A DNA stretch of 64,000 bases from the NCBI GenBank assembly GCA_029010575.1, contig JAQXKS010000061.1, forward strand, positions 20,580 through 84,579. Reading direction: 5' to 3'. A program made the translations under genes and the position numbers. Position 1 is the first letter of the stretch, and each line of letters opens with the position of its first letter. The notes beneath the pieces were generated by a model that searched no databases, was not told the DNA's origin, and saw only the letters and a program-made list of their open reading frames with translations. The DNA is from Bacteroidales bacterium. GTDB lineage: Bacteria > Bacteroidota > Bacteroidia > Bacteroidales > UBA932. Of this stretch, positions 50,032 through 58,194 are shown one piece after another.

Positions 50032-51105
50032 CTACCCAGCGTACTTGTAGGTTGTCCAAACAACGATTTCCGACGGAAGAACGATGTTAACATCTACCTT
50101 CATACGCATCTGGAAGAAGTAGAGTTCAGAGTTAGCCTGAAGCGGCGCAATCTTCACAGACTCCTGATCAGTTGCGTAGTCAACGCCCATCCAAAGGCAA
50201 GAGTCAGCATCTTTGGAGAACTTGCCGAGAGCAATGGTGTTCTCAGTAATTCCATCGATTACAACAACCCTCTTACCCTTAAAGCGATAACGGTTGACTT
50301 CAGTGTTTTCGCTGTACTTAACATCCTTGCTGGAAAGGTACTCGTCATAGAGATCCCAGAGATCCCAACCCATTACGAAGCAGAGCTTTGCATTTTTGCG
50401 AAGTTTCTTAGGACAAGCCTTCCACATTGCAAAGAGAGCAGCTTCAACCTTTGCACCAGTATCAAGGGCGGTATTACCTGCAAGAATAACCTTACCAGTA
50501 GCAGCCTCATTTGAGTTGGAATCAGCTGCGAGATTTGCGACAACGCGGGCCATGAAACCATCGAAATATTTCATTGGGCCAGCAGCGGACTCACCACCAA
50601 CAGTGGTATTATCATCGCTGTCAGAAGTGATGGCTTTACCATCGGAAGGAGTTGCACCACCCTTGCGAGAAGCCCAGATGCAGTCACCTATGTACTGATC
50701 CTTCTTGTCAACAAGAAGGTGCAGCATTGTGGCCTGAACCTTCGGATCAAGGTCGCGGAAAATGAGTTGTCCATCCGGCTGGAAAGGTCTCCAATAGTCT
50801 TCAAAGTCACGAGGATTAAACTCCAGATAAACCATGAAGTCCTCAGGCTCCAGATAACGCTCAGCGAAGGTGTACTGATTGAATCCATTTTCACCTTCTT
50901 TTCCGTGGTTGGAATTAGGGGTGGGAACATTGTCCTGGATGATCTTACCAAGACCAACATGAGGCAATGTCAGCTTATGCTGAATTCCCGGCTTGATGTG
51001 GATAAGGCCCTCTTCAAAAGTGTCGTTGCCTTGCACAGTATATACCAGGAGGTCTTCAAGGACTTCACCGGCATACGAATTTGCGGAATAATGTATTGTT
51101 GCCAT
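50032..51105 (-). CDS. major capsid protein
   Basis: 357-aa ORF directly after the protease-scaffold gene and followed by a terminator. Position within a Mu-like head module. Confidence 0.6.
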   Translation of the reverse strand: MATIHYSANSYAGEVLEDLLVYTVQGNDTFEEGLIHIKPGIQHKLTLPHVGLGKIIQDNVPTPNSNHGKEGENGFNQYTFAERYLEPEDFMVYLEFNPRDFEDYWRPFQPDGQLIFRDLDPKVQATMLHLLVDKKDQYIGDCIWASRKGGATPSDGKAITSDSDDNTTVGGESAAGPMKYFDGFMARVVANLAADSNSNEAATGKVILAGNTALDTGAKVEAALFAMWKACPKKLRKNAKLCFVMGWDLWDLYDEYLSSKDVKYSENTEVNRYRFKGKRVVVIDGITENTIALGKFSKDADSCLWMGVDYATDQESVKIAPLQANSELYFFQMRMKVDVNIVLPSEIVVWTTYKYAG

Positions 51106-51116
51106 TGAATTTGGAA

Positions 51117-52406
51117 TTAGAATTTCTTAAACTCAACTTTTCCCACAACAGCCTCAACCTGCTCAGCCATTTTCTGCTCAGCAGTTTTCAGAGCCTCTTC
51201 AGCAGCCTGAGCATTAGCGGGATCATTTGCGATTACGGCAGAGATTTTTACCCTTGCCTGAATTGAGTCCAAAGTGGTTTTCACCATGTCAAAGTTTGAT
51301 TGGGCCATAGCAACCCAATTGCCTTTTGAGGACTCATCAATTTTACCGGCCTTGATAGCGGCCTGTACCATAGCTTCAATCTCAGCTTCTCTTGCTTCCT
51401 TCTCAGCGTCTTCGTACTTCTTCAGAGAAGCCTTAACGCTTTCAAGCTCAGCCTGAGCATTCTGTGCTTCAGCCTCTTTCCCAGCAAGCTTGATCTTCGT
51501 CTCGTCAAGTTCAGCCTGTACAGCCTCAAACTCAGTGACCTTCGCCTGGGCATCCTTCAGCGATGCCTCGGCGTGAAGAAGTTCAGTAATGCGGGCAGAA
51601 ACCGATGCAACTTCTGTCTCAGCAGAGAATCCAAGCTGTGCAGCCACAGCACCAAAAGAAAGGATGTCTTTTTCCATTGCTTTTTTGTTTTTTTGGATTT
51701 CTTCAGTTTTAATAGGAATAGCCGCTATCGCCTCCACAAGTTTACTTGCATCCACTTCTGCGGAAACAGAAGCAAGTGCTTCTCTCATAGAAGCTATATC
51801 GGTAATGCCTTCAATTTGATTCTTTACTTTGTCACGGGCCTGCTTGCTGGTCTTGATCACATGTTCCTTTGTGATGAATCCAGCTTCGACTGCTGTTTTG
51901 GCATTGAAATAAGTGCCATCAGCATCGCCCTCACCGTCCATAATCTTCTGCACCTCGTCTTTGGTCAGGCCGAAACGCTTCTGATAAATGGTAGAGAGCT
52001 GACCTTTGAATGCCTCGATCATCGCCTTGATACTTGGATCCTCAGTGTCCTTATCGAAATGGAAAGGATTGTGGATCATCAAAATCGAATAATCGTGCAT
52101 ATACAGATTCTTTCCAGCCGCCCAAATTACGCTGGCCATTGAAGCGGCCATACCCTCAATCACACAGTCAACCTCAATGGGGCAACTCTGGATAATTGAG
52201 AAGGTACTCATACCATAAAGTATGGAACCGCCCTCAGAATTGATAAGCACAACAATCTTGCTGGGCTTGACATAATCCTGAAGCCACAAGAATTCATCAT
52301 TAAAGTTCTTGGTTGACCATTCATTAACAGAATCAAAGAATCTTATGACAGCCGGTTTGCCTTCTGCAACTGAACCGACTACATATTTCAGATTTTCAGT
52401 GTCCAT
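51117..52406 (-). CDS. ClpP-family prohead protease fused to Ala/Glu/Lys-rich scaffold domain
   Basis: VVLINSEGGSILYG..IEGMAASMASVIWAAG..ILMIHNP (ClpP/S14-like Ser and His contexts). The C-terminal ~230 aa are coiled-coil A/E/K-rich. Confidence 0.75.
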   Translation of the reverse strand: MDTENLKYVVGSVAEGKPAVIRFFDSVNEWSTKNFNDEFLWLQDYVKPSKIVVLINSEGGSILYGMSTFSIIQSCPIEVDCVIEGMAASMASVIWAAGKNLYMHDYSILMIHNPFHFDKDTEDPSIKAMIEAFKGQLSTIYQKRFGLTKDEVQKIMDGEGDADGTYFNAKTAVEAGFITKEHVIKTSKQARDKVKNQIEGITDIASMREALASVSAEVDASKLVEAIAAIPIKTEEIQKNKKAMEKDILSFGAVAAQLGFSAETEVASVSARITELLHAEASLKDAQAKVTEFEAVQAELDETKIKLAGKEAEAQNAQAELESVKASLKKYEDAEKEAREAEIEAMVQAAIKAGKIDESSKGNWVAMAQSNFDMVKTTLDSIQARVKISAVIANDPANAQAAEEALKTAEQKMAEQVEAVVGKVEFKKF

Positions 52407-52491
52407 TATTTAACTCAATTTTCAAAAGAATAGAAGATGTCACAAAATAAAGTTGATTTATATGTTTCAATTAATATTTTAAGATACTCTA

Positions 52492-53214
52492 TTATGGTTT
52501 GGGAGAAGATTCAAAACCAGAAACATCATCATATTCTAACTCTTTATGATTCGGGTGTTGCTCTGGATTGTGCTCGTCCAACTGATCGCTATGATTGGTA
52601 TATGGAGGCGCAACAATATAACGGTCTTCATAATCCTTATATCGATAAGCAGTATAATCATTGAACCAAATTTCATAATCAATCCAATAAGGCTGAAGAC
52701 CATCATCAAATGTTAATGGCTGATCCCAATATTTTAGCTGAAATCTATTTATAAGAGCTGGAAATTCACTTTTGCGTGCTTGAATTGCTGCATTGATTTT
52801 TTGATAAACATTAAAACCCTGCAACTCAATTTCATCATCACTATTATTCAGAGTGTTAAGAATATAATGAATTCTCATCACTCCCTTACCCTCACCAATA
52901 CGGGACTGGCCTATATTGTAATAGACATTGATAAAATGAATCAATACCGCTGGAAAGGCGAATGCGTACTCAGTGTTGTGTTTGCTATTCTTGATTCTTG
53001 ACAACTGCCCATTATCTATTTTAATTGTCTGAAAAAGTCGAGGACTTTCCGGATTGTTGTCATCCACACGAATATCTTCCAGAATTTTGCGTACAGCCTT
53101 GTAAGCCTCTGCCATAGCATTAGCAGTATAGGCTTCTTCCAATGTGGTAATTTTATGGGGTTGTTCCTGAAGTGGCTGTACCGGAGGAACAACGGGTTTT
53201 TTACTTACAATCAT
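52492..53214 (-). CDS. hypothetical head/connector protein
   Basis: 240-aa ORF in the head module. Confidence 0.35.
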   Translation of the reverse strand: MIVSKKPVVPPVQPLQEQPHKITTLEEAYTANAMAEAYKAVRKILEDIRVDDNNPESPRLFQTIKIDNGQLSRIKNSKHNTEYAFAFPAVLIHFINVYYNIGQSRIGEGKGVMRIHYILNTLNNSDDEIELQGFNVYQKINAAIQARKSEFPALINRFQLKYWDQPLTFDDGLQPYWIDYEIWFNDYTAYRYKDYEDRYIVAPPYTNHSDQLDEHNPEQHPNHKELEYDDVSGFESSPKP

Positions 53215-53735
53215 TACGGTAACATTGCAAATAATTTCATACTATATTCCCTAATTTTATCGTCTAAGGCGGTTGAGTGTCCTATGAATTGCCTTCTGGC
53301 AATCCCGGAGGCGGCCCCAGAACGAAACCTATCAGGCCCATTATGAACGGCGGCATAACAAAATCCCTTATGTCTTTTCGCCTTACTAAATCTCGTTGGA
53401 TCCGTATAAATCTGAATACCGTTGAAGGTATATCCGTTATATGAATGACCTCCTTTCATTCCAGAGAGTTCACGCCATCGAATAGAGTTCTGTAGTGTTC
53501 CGGTCTCATGTAAAATAGGGTGCGAGTAATTTCTTTTTCTTTCCGGCCACAAAGCAGAACCATCGGTATTCAAGCGGCGCATTTCAAAAGACTGCTTGAA
53601 TATTTTGACAGCGGCCCTTGCCACGCGTGCTTCAAAGTTCCACAGTTCTACTTCGAACTTATGAGGAACATTTGCCCACTGCTGAACAACCTGTTTGGGT
53701 GAAAGTATTTTATTTGGTACGCCAAGTTTAGCCAT
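53214..53735 (-). CDS. virion morphogenesis / tail-completion protein (Mu gpG / HK97 gp10-like)
   Basis: ALWPERKRNYSHPILHETGTLQNSIRW and FCYAAVHNGP fit the W..iL..tG.L..Si ... YA..hn.G pattern of this family. Confidence 0.5.
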   Translation of the reverse strand: MAKLGVPNKILSPKQVVQQWANVPHKFEVELWNFEARVARAAVKIFKQSFEMRRLNTDGSALWPERKRNYSHPILHETGTLQNSIRWRELSGMKGGHSYNGYTFNGIQIYTDPTRFSKAKRHKGFCYAAVHNGPDRFRSGAASGIARRQFIGHSTALDDKIREYSMKLFAMLP

Positions 53736-54480
53736 TGATATACTTTTTCTTTATTCTACCAGCAATATCTCTGACAGTCTCAACCTTATCTTCTTCAATC
53801 TGAAAATAGGGATGGTATTCAGAGAAAATTTTACCACCAAGAGCAACACTCTCCTTAAATGTGAGATTAAACCAATCTGGCATTTCCGGAATCTGCATAG
53901 CCTTATTCTGGACATTGCCTAATTTGAAATCTACACCATCCACTTCTACAAGATAGCAACGGCACTGATGTTCAATAGGAGGAATCAGCCAAGCTGGAAA
54001 TCTACTCTTCGGGGCGGTAAAGCCTTCATATTGTAAATGCCAAGGGCGTACTCGCTCATCGCCCTGCGTCATATACATTAAAGAAGTATCAGCTGGAATC
54101 ACAACTAAGGCATCGGCAATCATCATAGCATACTCAATATCCAGATTTTCTGTTGTTGCCCAGACCTCATTGTATTTCTTACAAACACCAATCATTAATT
54201 CACGGCGTTCATCTTCATCCATTTCCTTTTCTTCTTCATACATATCGATGACATCTTCTGCCATCTGATACTCTTCTGCAACTGAAAAATCTACTAAATT
54301 ATCAATGGCTGCTACAATAATATCCCTTCTGGTCTGCTCTTCTGGGGTGAGTGTGCCTCTCTCACTTGCAATTAAATCCAACGCTTCATCCCAATCCATT
54401 CCAAAACCTTTAATTGCGTGATGTATAGCGAAATCCGCACGAAGGGACATCAACTCTTCAATAATCTCCCAATCCTCCAT
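53728..54480 (-). CDS. head morphogenesis protein (Mu gpF / SPP1 gp7 family)
   Basis: DERVRPWHLQYEGF...IEHQCRCYLV matches the D-x-R-V-R-x-x-H ... C-R-C signature. The frame stays open 56 codons upstream of the ATG. Confidence 0.7.
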   Translation of the reverse strand: MEDWEIIEELMSLRADFAIHHAIKGFGMDWDEALDLIASERGTLTPEEQTRRDIIVAAIDNLVDFSVAEEYQMAEDVIDMYEEEKEMDEDERRELMIGVCKKYNEVWATTENLDIEYAMMIADALVVIPADTSLMYMTQGDERVRPWHLQYEGFTAPKSRFPAWLIPPIEHQCRCYLVEVDGVDFKLGNVQNKAMQIPEMPDWFNLTFKESVALGGKIFSEYHPYFQIEEDKVETVRDIAGRIKKKYING

Positions 54481-54608
54481 ATTGTTACTTAAACCATCCA
54501 GGAAACGCTCAAAAATGTCGAGGATGGCTAAGTATTCCTTATGCTTATCTTCGTCACTAATCTCAGGCGTTGTTTGTGCAAGGATTCTGGAGAGTGCGTT
54601 TTCGCCTG

Positions 54609-55919
54609 TTAACGGCTCTCCCGATAAAAATTTACAGAATTCTCTCCCCTACGATGCCCATACCGCTTATAGTATTCTTCATCAGTCATTATATGGCGGT
54701 CATTACCGTTTCCAGAACCACCTACACTACCTGTTTCAAGGTTAAGTTGCTTTCCCACAACCACGCCAAAAGTCTTCTCAATTTCATCAGCAGCTACCTC
54801 ATATTTATCACTGAGAAATTTATATAGTTCAATTTGATCTTGATTGGACATTTCCAATCTCTTGGAATAAATGAACTCTAATCCATCTTTGAGATACCCC
54901 ATGGCAACAAGCCTTGGAATAACCTGTTCATTCATTACATTCTCAATGTAATTACGCCACGACTCTACACGGTCACGAAAAACATCCTGATGTGTGCGTG
55001 CGGCCCCAACATAAGACTGCTGAGCACCGGCCATTGTCTCAGAACCAAGGATAAGGTTTGACACATCCTTGTCCACATCATCGATAAGACTGGTGAAAAC
55101 CTTCTCAGAATTGGACATCGTGAAAGTCTTGATGTCCACCTCATCATTCAATCCGGTAACAATAACCTTGTTCTGGGCTGCGCTGGCAATGTCATTGGCC
55201 AAACGCTTCCTATCCTGAATATTCTCAGATTCAGTTTTACCGTGAATGATAGGTTGTCCGTATGTATGAGAAAAGTTTACATAGTTAGCCACTGTAAACT
55301 TCTTTGCCAAAATTGAAGGCGTTGTGGAAGAGAAAAGGCCAAGATCCCCAGAGTTAATAAGTACATAATAGCCAGCATACTTTGGATCTTCAAAAGACCA
55401 ACCTGGATTCCAAATTCCAGAACGCTGGATAATGCGTTTTTGATCGGGCAATACATTTCTACGCTCGATTTGATTGACCTCAGCCAATTTTCCGGTACGC
55501 GGATCAATATCAGGAAGGATTTCCAAAGCCGTATAGCCATACAGCTTGGCCTCCATAATACCCTCAATGATTTTTGAAAACTGAGTACCTTGTATTTTTT
55601 TGCTTTCAGCAACATCCTTGATATACTTACCCTTCTCGTTCTGATGAGCAAGCATATAGCGTTCCCCAATAATTTGGGATTTAAGCGTTTCCAAAACACC
55701 TCTCAGATGAGCGTCCTGTTGTACACAGGCATCATACAAGTCTATCAGTTTACTGCGGTCATCCAAAACCATCCCATCCTTAGTCATTTGGCTCTGGATG
55801 GATTTATAACGGCAATGGCGTTCTATCTCACGAACATATTCTTGTATGGTCTTCTTGCTGGTGCGGAAAATTGCCTCCAGCAGCCCTAAATCGACCTTTT
55901 CATTTGTTTGCACACTCAT
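54609..55919 (-). CDS. portal protein (Mu gp29/DUF935-like by context)
   Basis: About 436-aa ORF at the head of the morphogenesis operon, followed by the gpF-like gene. The track start 55937 is TTG inside the CTATTCTT box, so ATG 55919 (MSVQTNEK) is preferred. Confidence 0.6.
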   Translation of the reverse strand: MSVQTNEKVDLGLLEAIFRTSKKTIQEYVREIERHCRYKSIQSQMTKDGMVLDDRSKLIDLYDACVQQDAHLRGVLETLKSQIIGERYMLAHQNEKGKYIKDVAESKKIQGTQFSKIIEGIMEAKLYGYTALEILPDIDPRTGKLAEVNQIERRNVLPDQKRIIQRSGIWNPGWSFEDPKYAGYYVLINSGDLGLFSSTTPSILAKKFTVANYVNFSHTYGQPIIHGKTESENIQDRKRLANDIASAAQNKVIVTGLNDEVDIKTFTMSNSEKVFTSLIDDVDKDVSNLILGSETMAGAQQSYVGAARTHQDVFRDRVESWRNYIENVMNEQVIPRLVAMGYLKDGLEFIYSKRLEMSNQDQIELYKFLSDKYEVAADEIEKTFGVVVGKQLNLETGSVGGSGNGNDRHIMTDEEYYKRYGHRRGENSVNFYRESR

Positions 55920-56092
55920 TGTGACACTTTTTATCAAGAATAGAAGAATCAGGCATTTGCGGTTTTACCTTTGAGGGAGATGCTTTCGCCCAATATTTTT
56001 CAAATGAAAACCATCGAAAATTTTCTATTGTTTGTAATATGCTATAACATAATGCTATACAAAAATTATTTATATCATTATCATAATTTCGT

Positions 56093-56123
56093 TTTGATGC
56101 TTTTGAAATAATTTATACCTTTG
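56093..56123 (+). promoter_or_regulatory. Bacteroidetes-type promoter for the plus-strand block
   Basis: TTTG at 56093-56096, a 19-nt spacer, then TAccTTTG at 56116-56123 (TAnnTTTG). This lies 24 nt before ATG 56147 in a 209-bp AT-rich divergent intergenic region. Confidence 0.55.
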
Positions 56124-56146
56124 CCCAGTCAACAATACTTACAGTT

Positions 56147-56689
56147 ATGGAAGGTTTTAACTTTTATCGAATCAAGACCGACTGGACAGCCGAGAAAGAA
56201 GATGGCGGTCTCGCAAAGGTCAAAACTGAAGAATTGGTCTATGCACCAACCTATTCAGAAGCTGAAAAGGTGGCATACGCTCTTATTGAGAAGTATGACA
56301 GAACTCATTTCGGAAGCGTTTCTTACGAAATCATCAAGACAAAGATTTCTGAAATGCTCTACAACCACATCCTCCAGACCGACAATTCTCTAACAGCCGG
56401 ACTTATCACCAGCTATTTTGAGGAAAACGATGCTACTGGAGTTGGTATGTATCAGGTGAAAGTGTATTACACGGAACTGGATGAAAAGACTGGTAAGGAG
56501 AAGCACTCCACAGAAACCATCTTCACTCCAGCAAAATCTAATGCCGATGCAACAAGTTATGTTCTCGCTTATCTCAAAAAAATAGGCGAAATGCGTGATT
56601 ATGTCGTGCGAGACACCCGATTCGACCGTGCCGAAGCAATCCTATGGCCTACGGATGTGTACAATGAACAGGTGAACAAGGTTGCTTAA
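56147..56689 (+). CDS. hypothetical protein, two tandem DUF4494-like halves (from memory of that family)
   Basis: FYRIKTDWTAEKEDGGLAKVKTEELVYAPTYSEAEKVAYALI and MYQVKVYYTELDEKTGKEKHSTETIFTPAKSNADATSYVLAYL share one pattern. Confidence 0.4.
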   Translation: MEGFNFYRIKTDWTAEKEDGGLAKVKTEELVYAPTYSEAEKVAYALIEKYDRTHFGSVSYEIIKTKISEMLYNHILQTDNSLTAGLITSYFEENDATGVGMYQVKVYYTELDEKTGKEKHSTETIFTPAKSNADATSYVLAYLKKIGEMRDYVVRDTRFDRAEAILWPTDVYNEQVNKVA

Positions 56690-57135
56690 TGGCGATCAAA
56701 ATACCTGGAAAACAAACACAAATTACACCAACAGAGCACTCCTTTCCAGAATTTCCCGACATGCTCTTCGGGACTACAGCTGAAGGCATCTCTGTATTTG
56801 ATGCCTCTGATTATCTTCAAAAACACAAAGAATCTGCCACCATAGCGGACTTCTTTATGCAGTATGAGGCCCCCATCAAAGCCCTTGTCGAAGCGTATGA
56901 CATAAAGGACAATGATGTCTGCATCCTTTCAAAAGAGTCTCACTATCTAATTGACAGTAGTTTAATCTACCTTTTCATCGCTTTTGTTCAACCAGACTTC
57001 CTCGCTTATATCTGCGACCGCATGCAAGAAATGTTTAGTAGTGGATTTTGCGTTTCTGACTCATATTTGTTGAGTAAAACTCAGCAACGCCTGAGTGCTG
57101 AAGTCATTCAAGCGATGATAAATGAGCCAGTTTAA
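56689..57135 (+). CDS. hypothetical protein
   Basis: ORF, TAATG overlap with the upstream gene. Confidence 0.4.
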   Translation: MAIKIPGKQTQITPTEHSFPEFPDMLFGTTAEGISVFDASDYLQKHKESATIADFFMQYEAPIKALVEAYDIKDNDVCILSKESHYLIDSSLIYLFIAFVQPDFLAYICDRMQEMFSSGFCVSDSYLLSKTQQRLSAEVIQAMINEPV

Positions 57136-57496
57136 CAAAATTCCAACCCGAATTCTCGTATTCAACCCGATGAAAAGGCTGGTTGCAATCTTCCAATCAA
57201 CCAATGCCGCTGCCCAAGCCTTCAATTCCAAGGTACAGTCAATTCACTACGCCGCTACTGGCAAGTGTATCTCTTGCTCCAATTATTATTTCCGACAGCT
57301 GGAAGATGATATTGAAGTAACCCTGGATGACCTTGGCGTGCTTACTATCGAAGAATACGATGAACTCTGTGGCGTACAAAGAAAAGTGTATGCCAACAAA
57401 AACATGTCCCGTAAGGGCATGCGCTACAAAAAGAAGAAATATGTTGCACCGTCTAAAAACTCTACTCAAAATGAAAAGGAAACCAATCGTAGTTAA
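57122..57496 (+). CDS. hypothetical protein, possible small DNA-binding (homing-endonuclease-accessory-like HTH) domain
   Basis: LVAIFQSTNAAAQAFNSKVQSIHYAATGK..YYFRQ resembles the F-x-S-x-x-x-A-A-x-x-x-x-x-x-x-x-I pattern of NUMOD/IENR-type domains. Weak. Confidence 0.3.
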   Translation: MSQFNKIPTRILVFNPMKRLVAIFQSTNAAAQAFNSKVQSIHYAATGKCISCSNYYFRQLEDDIEVTLDDLGVLTIEEYDELCGVQRKVYANKNMSRKGMRYKKKKYVAPSKNSTQNEKETNRS

Positions 57497-57914
57497 GGTA
57501 ATGTGCCAGGATGGAGTCGTACTTCCCAAGTACGAAACCGAATTTGCCGCTGGCCTTGACCTTAAAGCATTCATCCAGACAGCAGTCACGCTCAAACCAT
57601 TGGAGCGCAAACTTATCCCTACCGGTATCAAAATGGAAATACCAGTTGGTTATGAGGTACAGATACGACCTCGTAGCGGCCTTTCTCTCAAAAAGGGGCT
57701 TATGGCAATATTGGGAACCATTGATGCCGACTATCGTGGAGATGTTGGCATCATAGTCATCAACCTCTCCAATGAAGATTATGTTATCAATCCTGGAGAT
57801 CGCATTGCCCAGATGGTACTTGCTCCAGTGGCACAGGCCGAACTCCTTCCAGTCCTCTTCCTTTCCGAAACAGAACGCGGAGAAGGCGGCTTTGGTTCAA
57901 CCGGTAAAAAGTAA
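57471..57914 (+). CDS. dut: dUTP diphosphatase
   Basis: AAGLDLKA, IRPRSGLSLKKG, GTIDADYRGDVGIIVINL, GDRIAQMV and GGFGSTGK are the five dUTPase motifs. ATG 57471 (MKRKPIVVKV) was chosen over the longer track ORF. Confidence 0.9.
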   Translation: MKRKPIVVKVMCQDGVVLPKYETEFAAGLDLKAFIQTAVTLKPLERKLIPTGIKMEIPVGYEVQIRPRSGLSLKKGLMAILGTIDADYRGDVGIIVINLSNEDYVINPGDRIAQMVLAPVAQAELLPVLFLSETERGEGGFGSTGKK

Positions 57915-57919
57915 TCGCT

Positions 57920-58192
57920 ATGGCTAATATCACAGTTACTAAAGAAGAGGTTGCGGAAAACATGAAGGATGTTCTTATCCGCACAGAAATTGAATTCGGC
58001 AAACCGACCACCTATGTGACGGTCAAAATGAAGAATGGCTTTACCATTCGAGAATCTACCACTTGCGTTGATCCTAACAATTATGATGAGGAAATAGGCA
58101 AGAAAATTTGTCTGGAAAAACTGGAAGATAAGGTATGGTTCCTTCTCGGATATGCCCTTCAAGAAAAAATATATCAACTTGCTAACAAGTAA
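57920..58192 (+). CDS. Gp49-like small phage protein (Phage_gp49_66-type pattern)
   Basis: VTVKMKNGFTIRESTTCVDPNNYDEEIGKKICLEKLEDKVWFLLGYAL fits the NGF-x-x-GES-x-C-x-D-P-x-N-(F/Y)-D-x-E-x-G ... W-x-L-x-GY pattern. Confidence 0.5.
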   Translation: MANITVTKEEVAENMKDVLIRTEIEFGKPTTYVTVKMKNGFTIRESTTCVDPNNYDEEIGKKICLEKLEDKVWFLLGYALQEKIYQLANK

Positions 58193-58194
58193 GT

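Noticed and set aside
55938-56146. tRNA or small RNA gene in the largest non-coding gaps (also 18706-18885, 47571-47719, 62365-62536)
   Set aside because: I could find no cloverleaf-compatible arms or conserved T-loop (GTTCGAATC-like) sequence. The gaps are AT-rich promoter/terminator regions.
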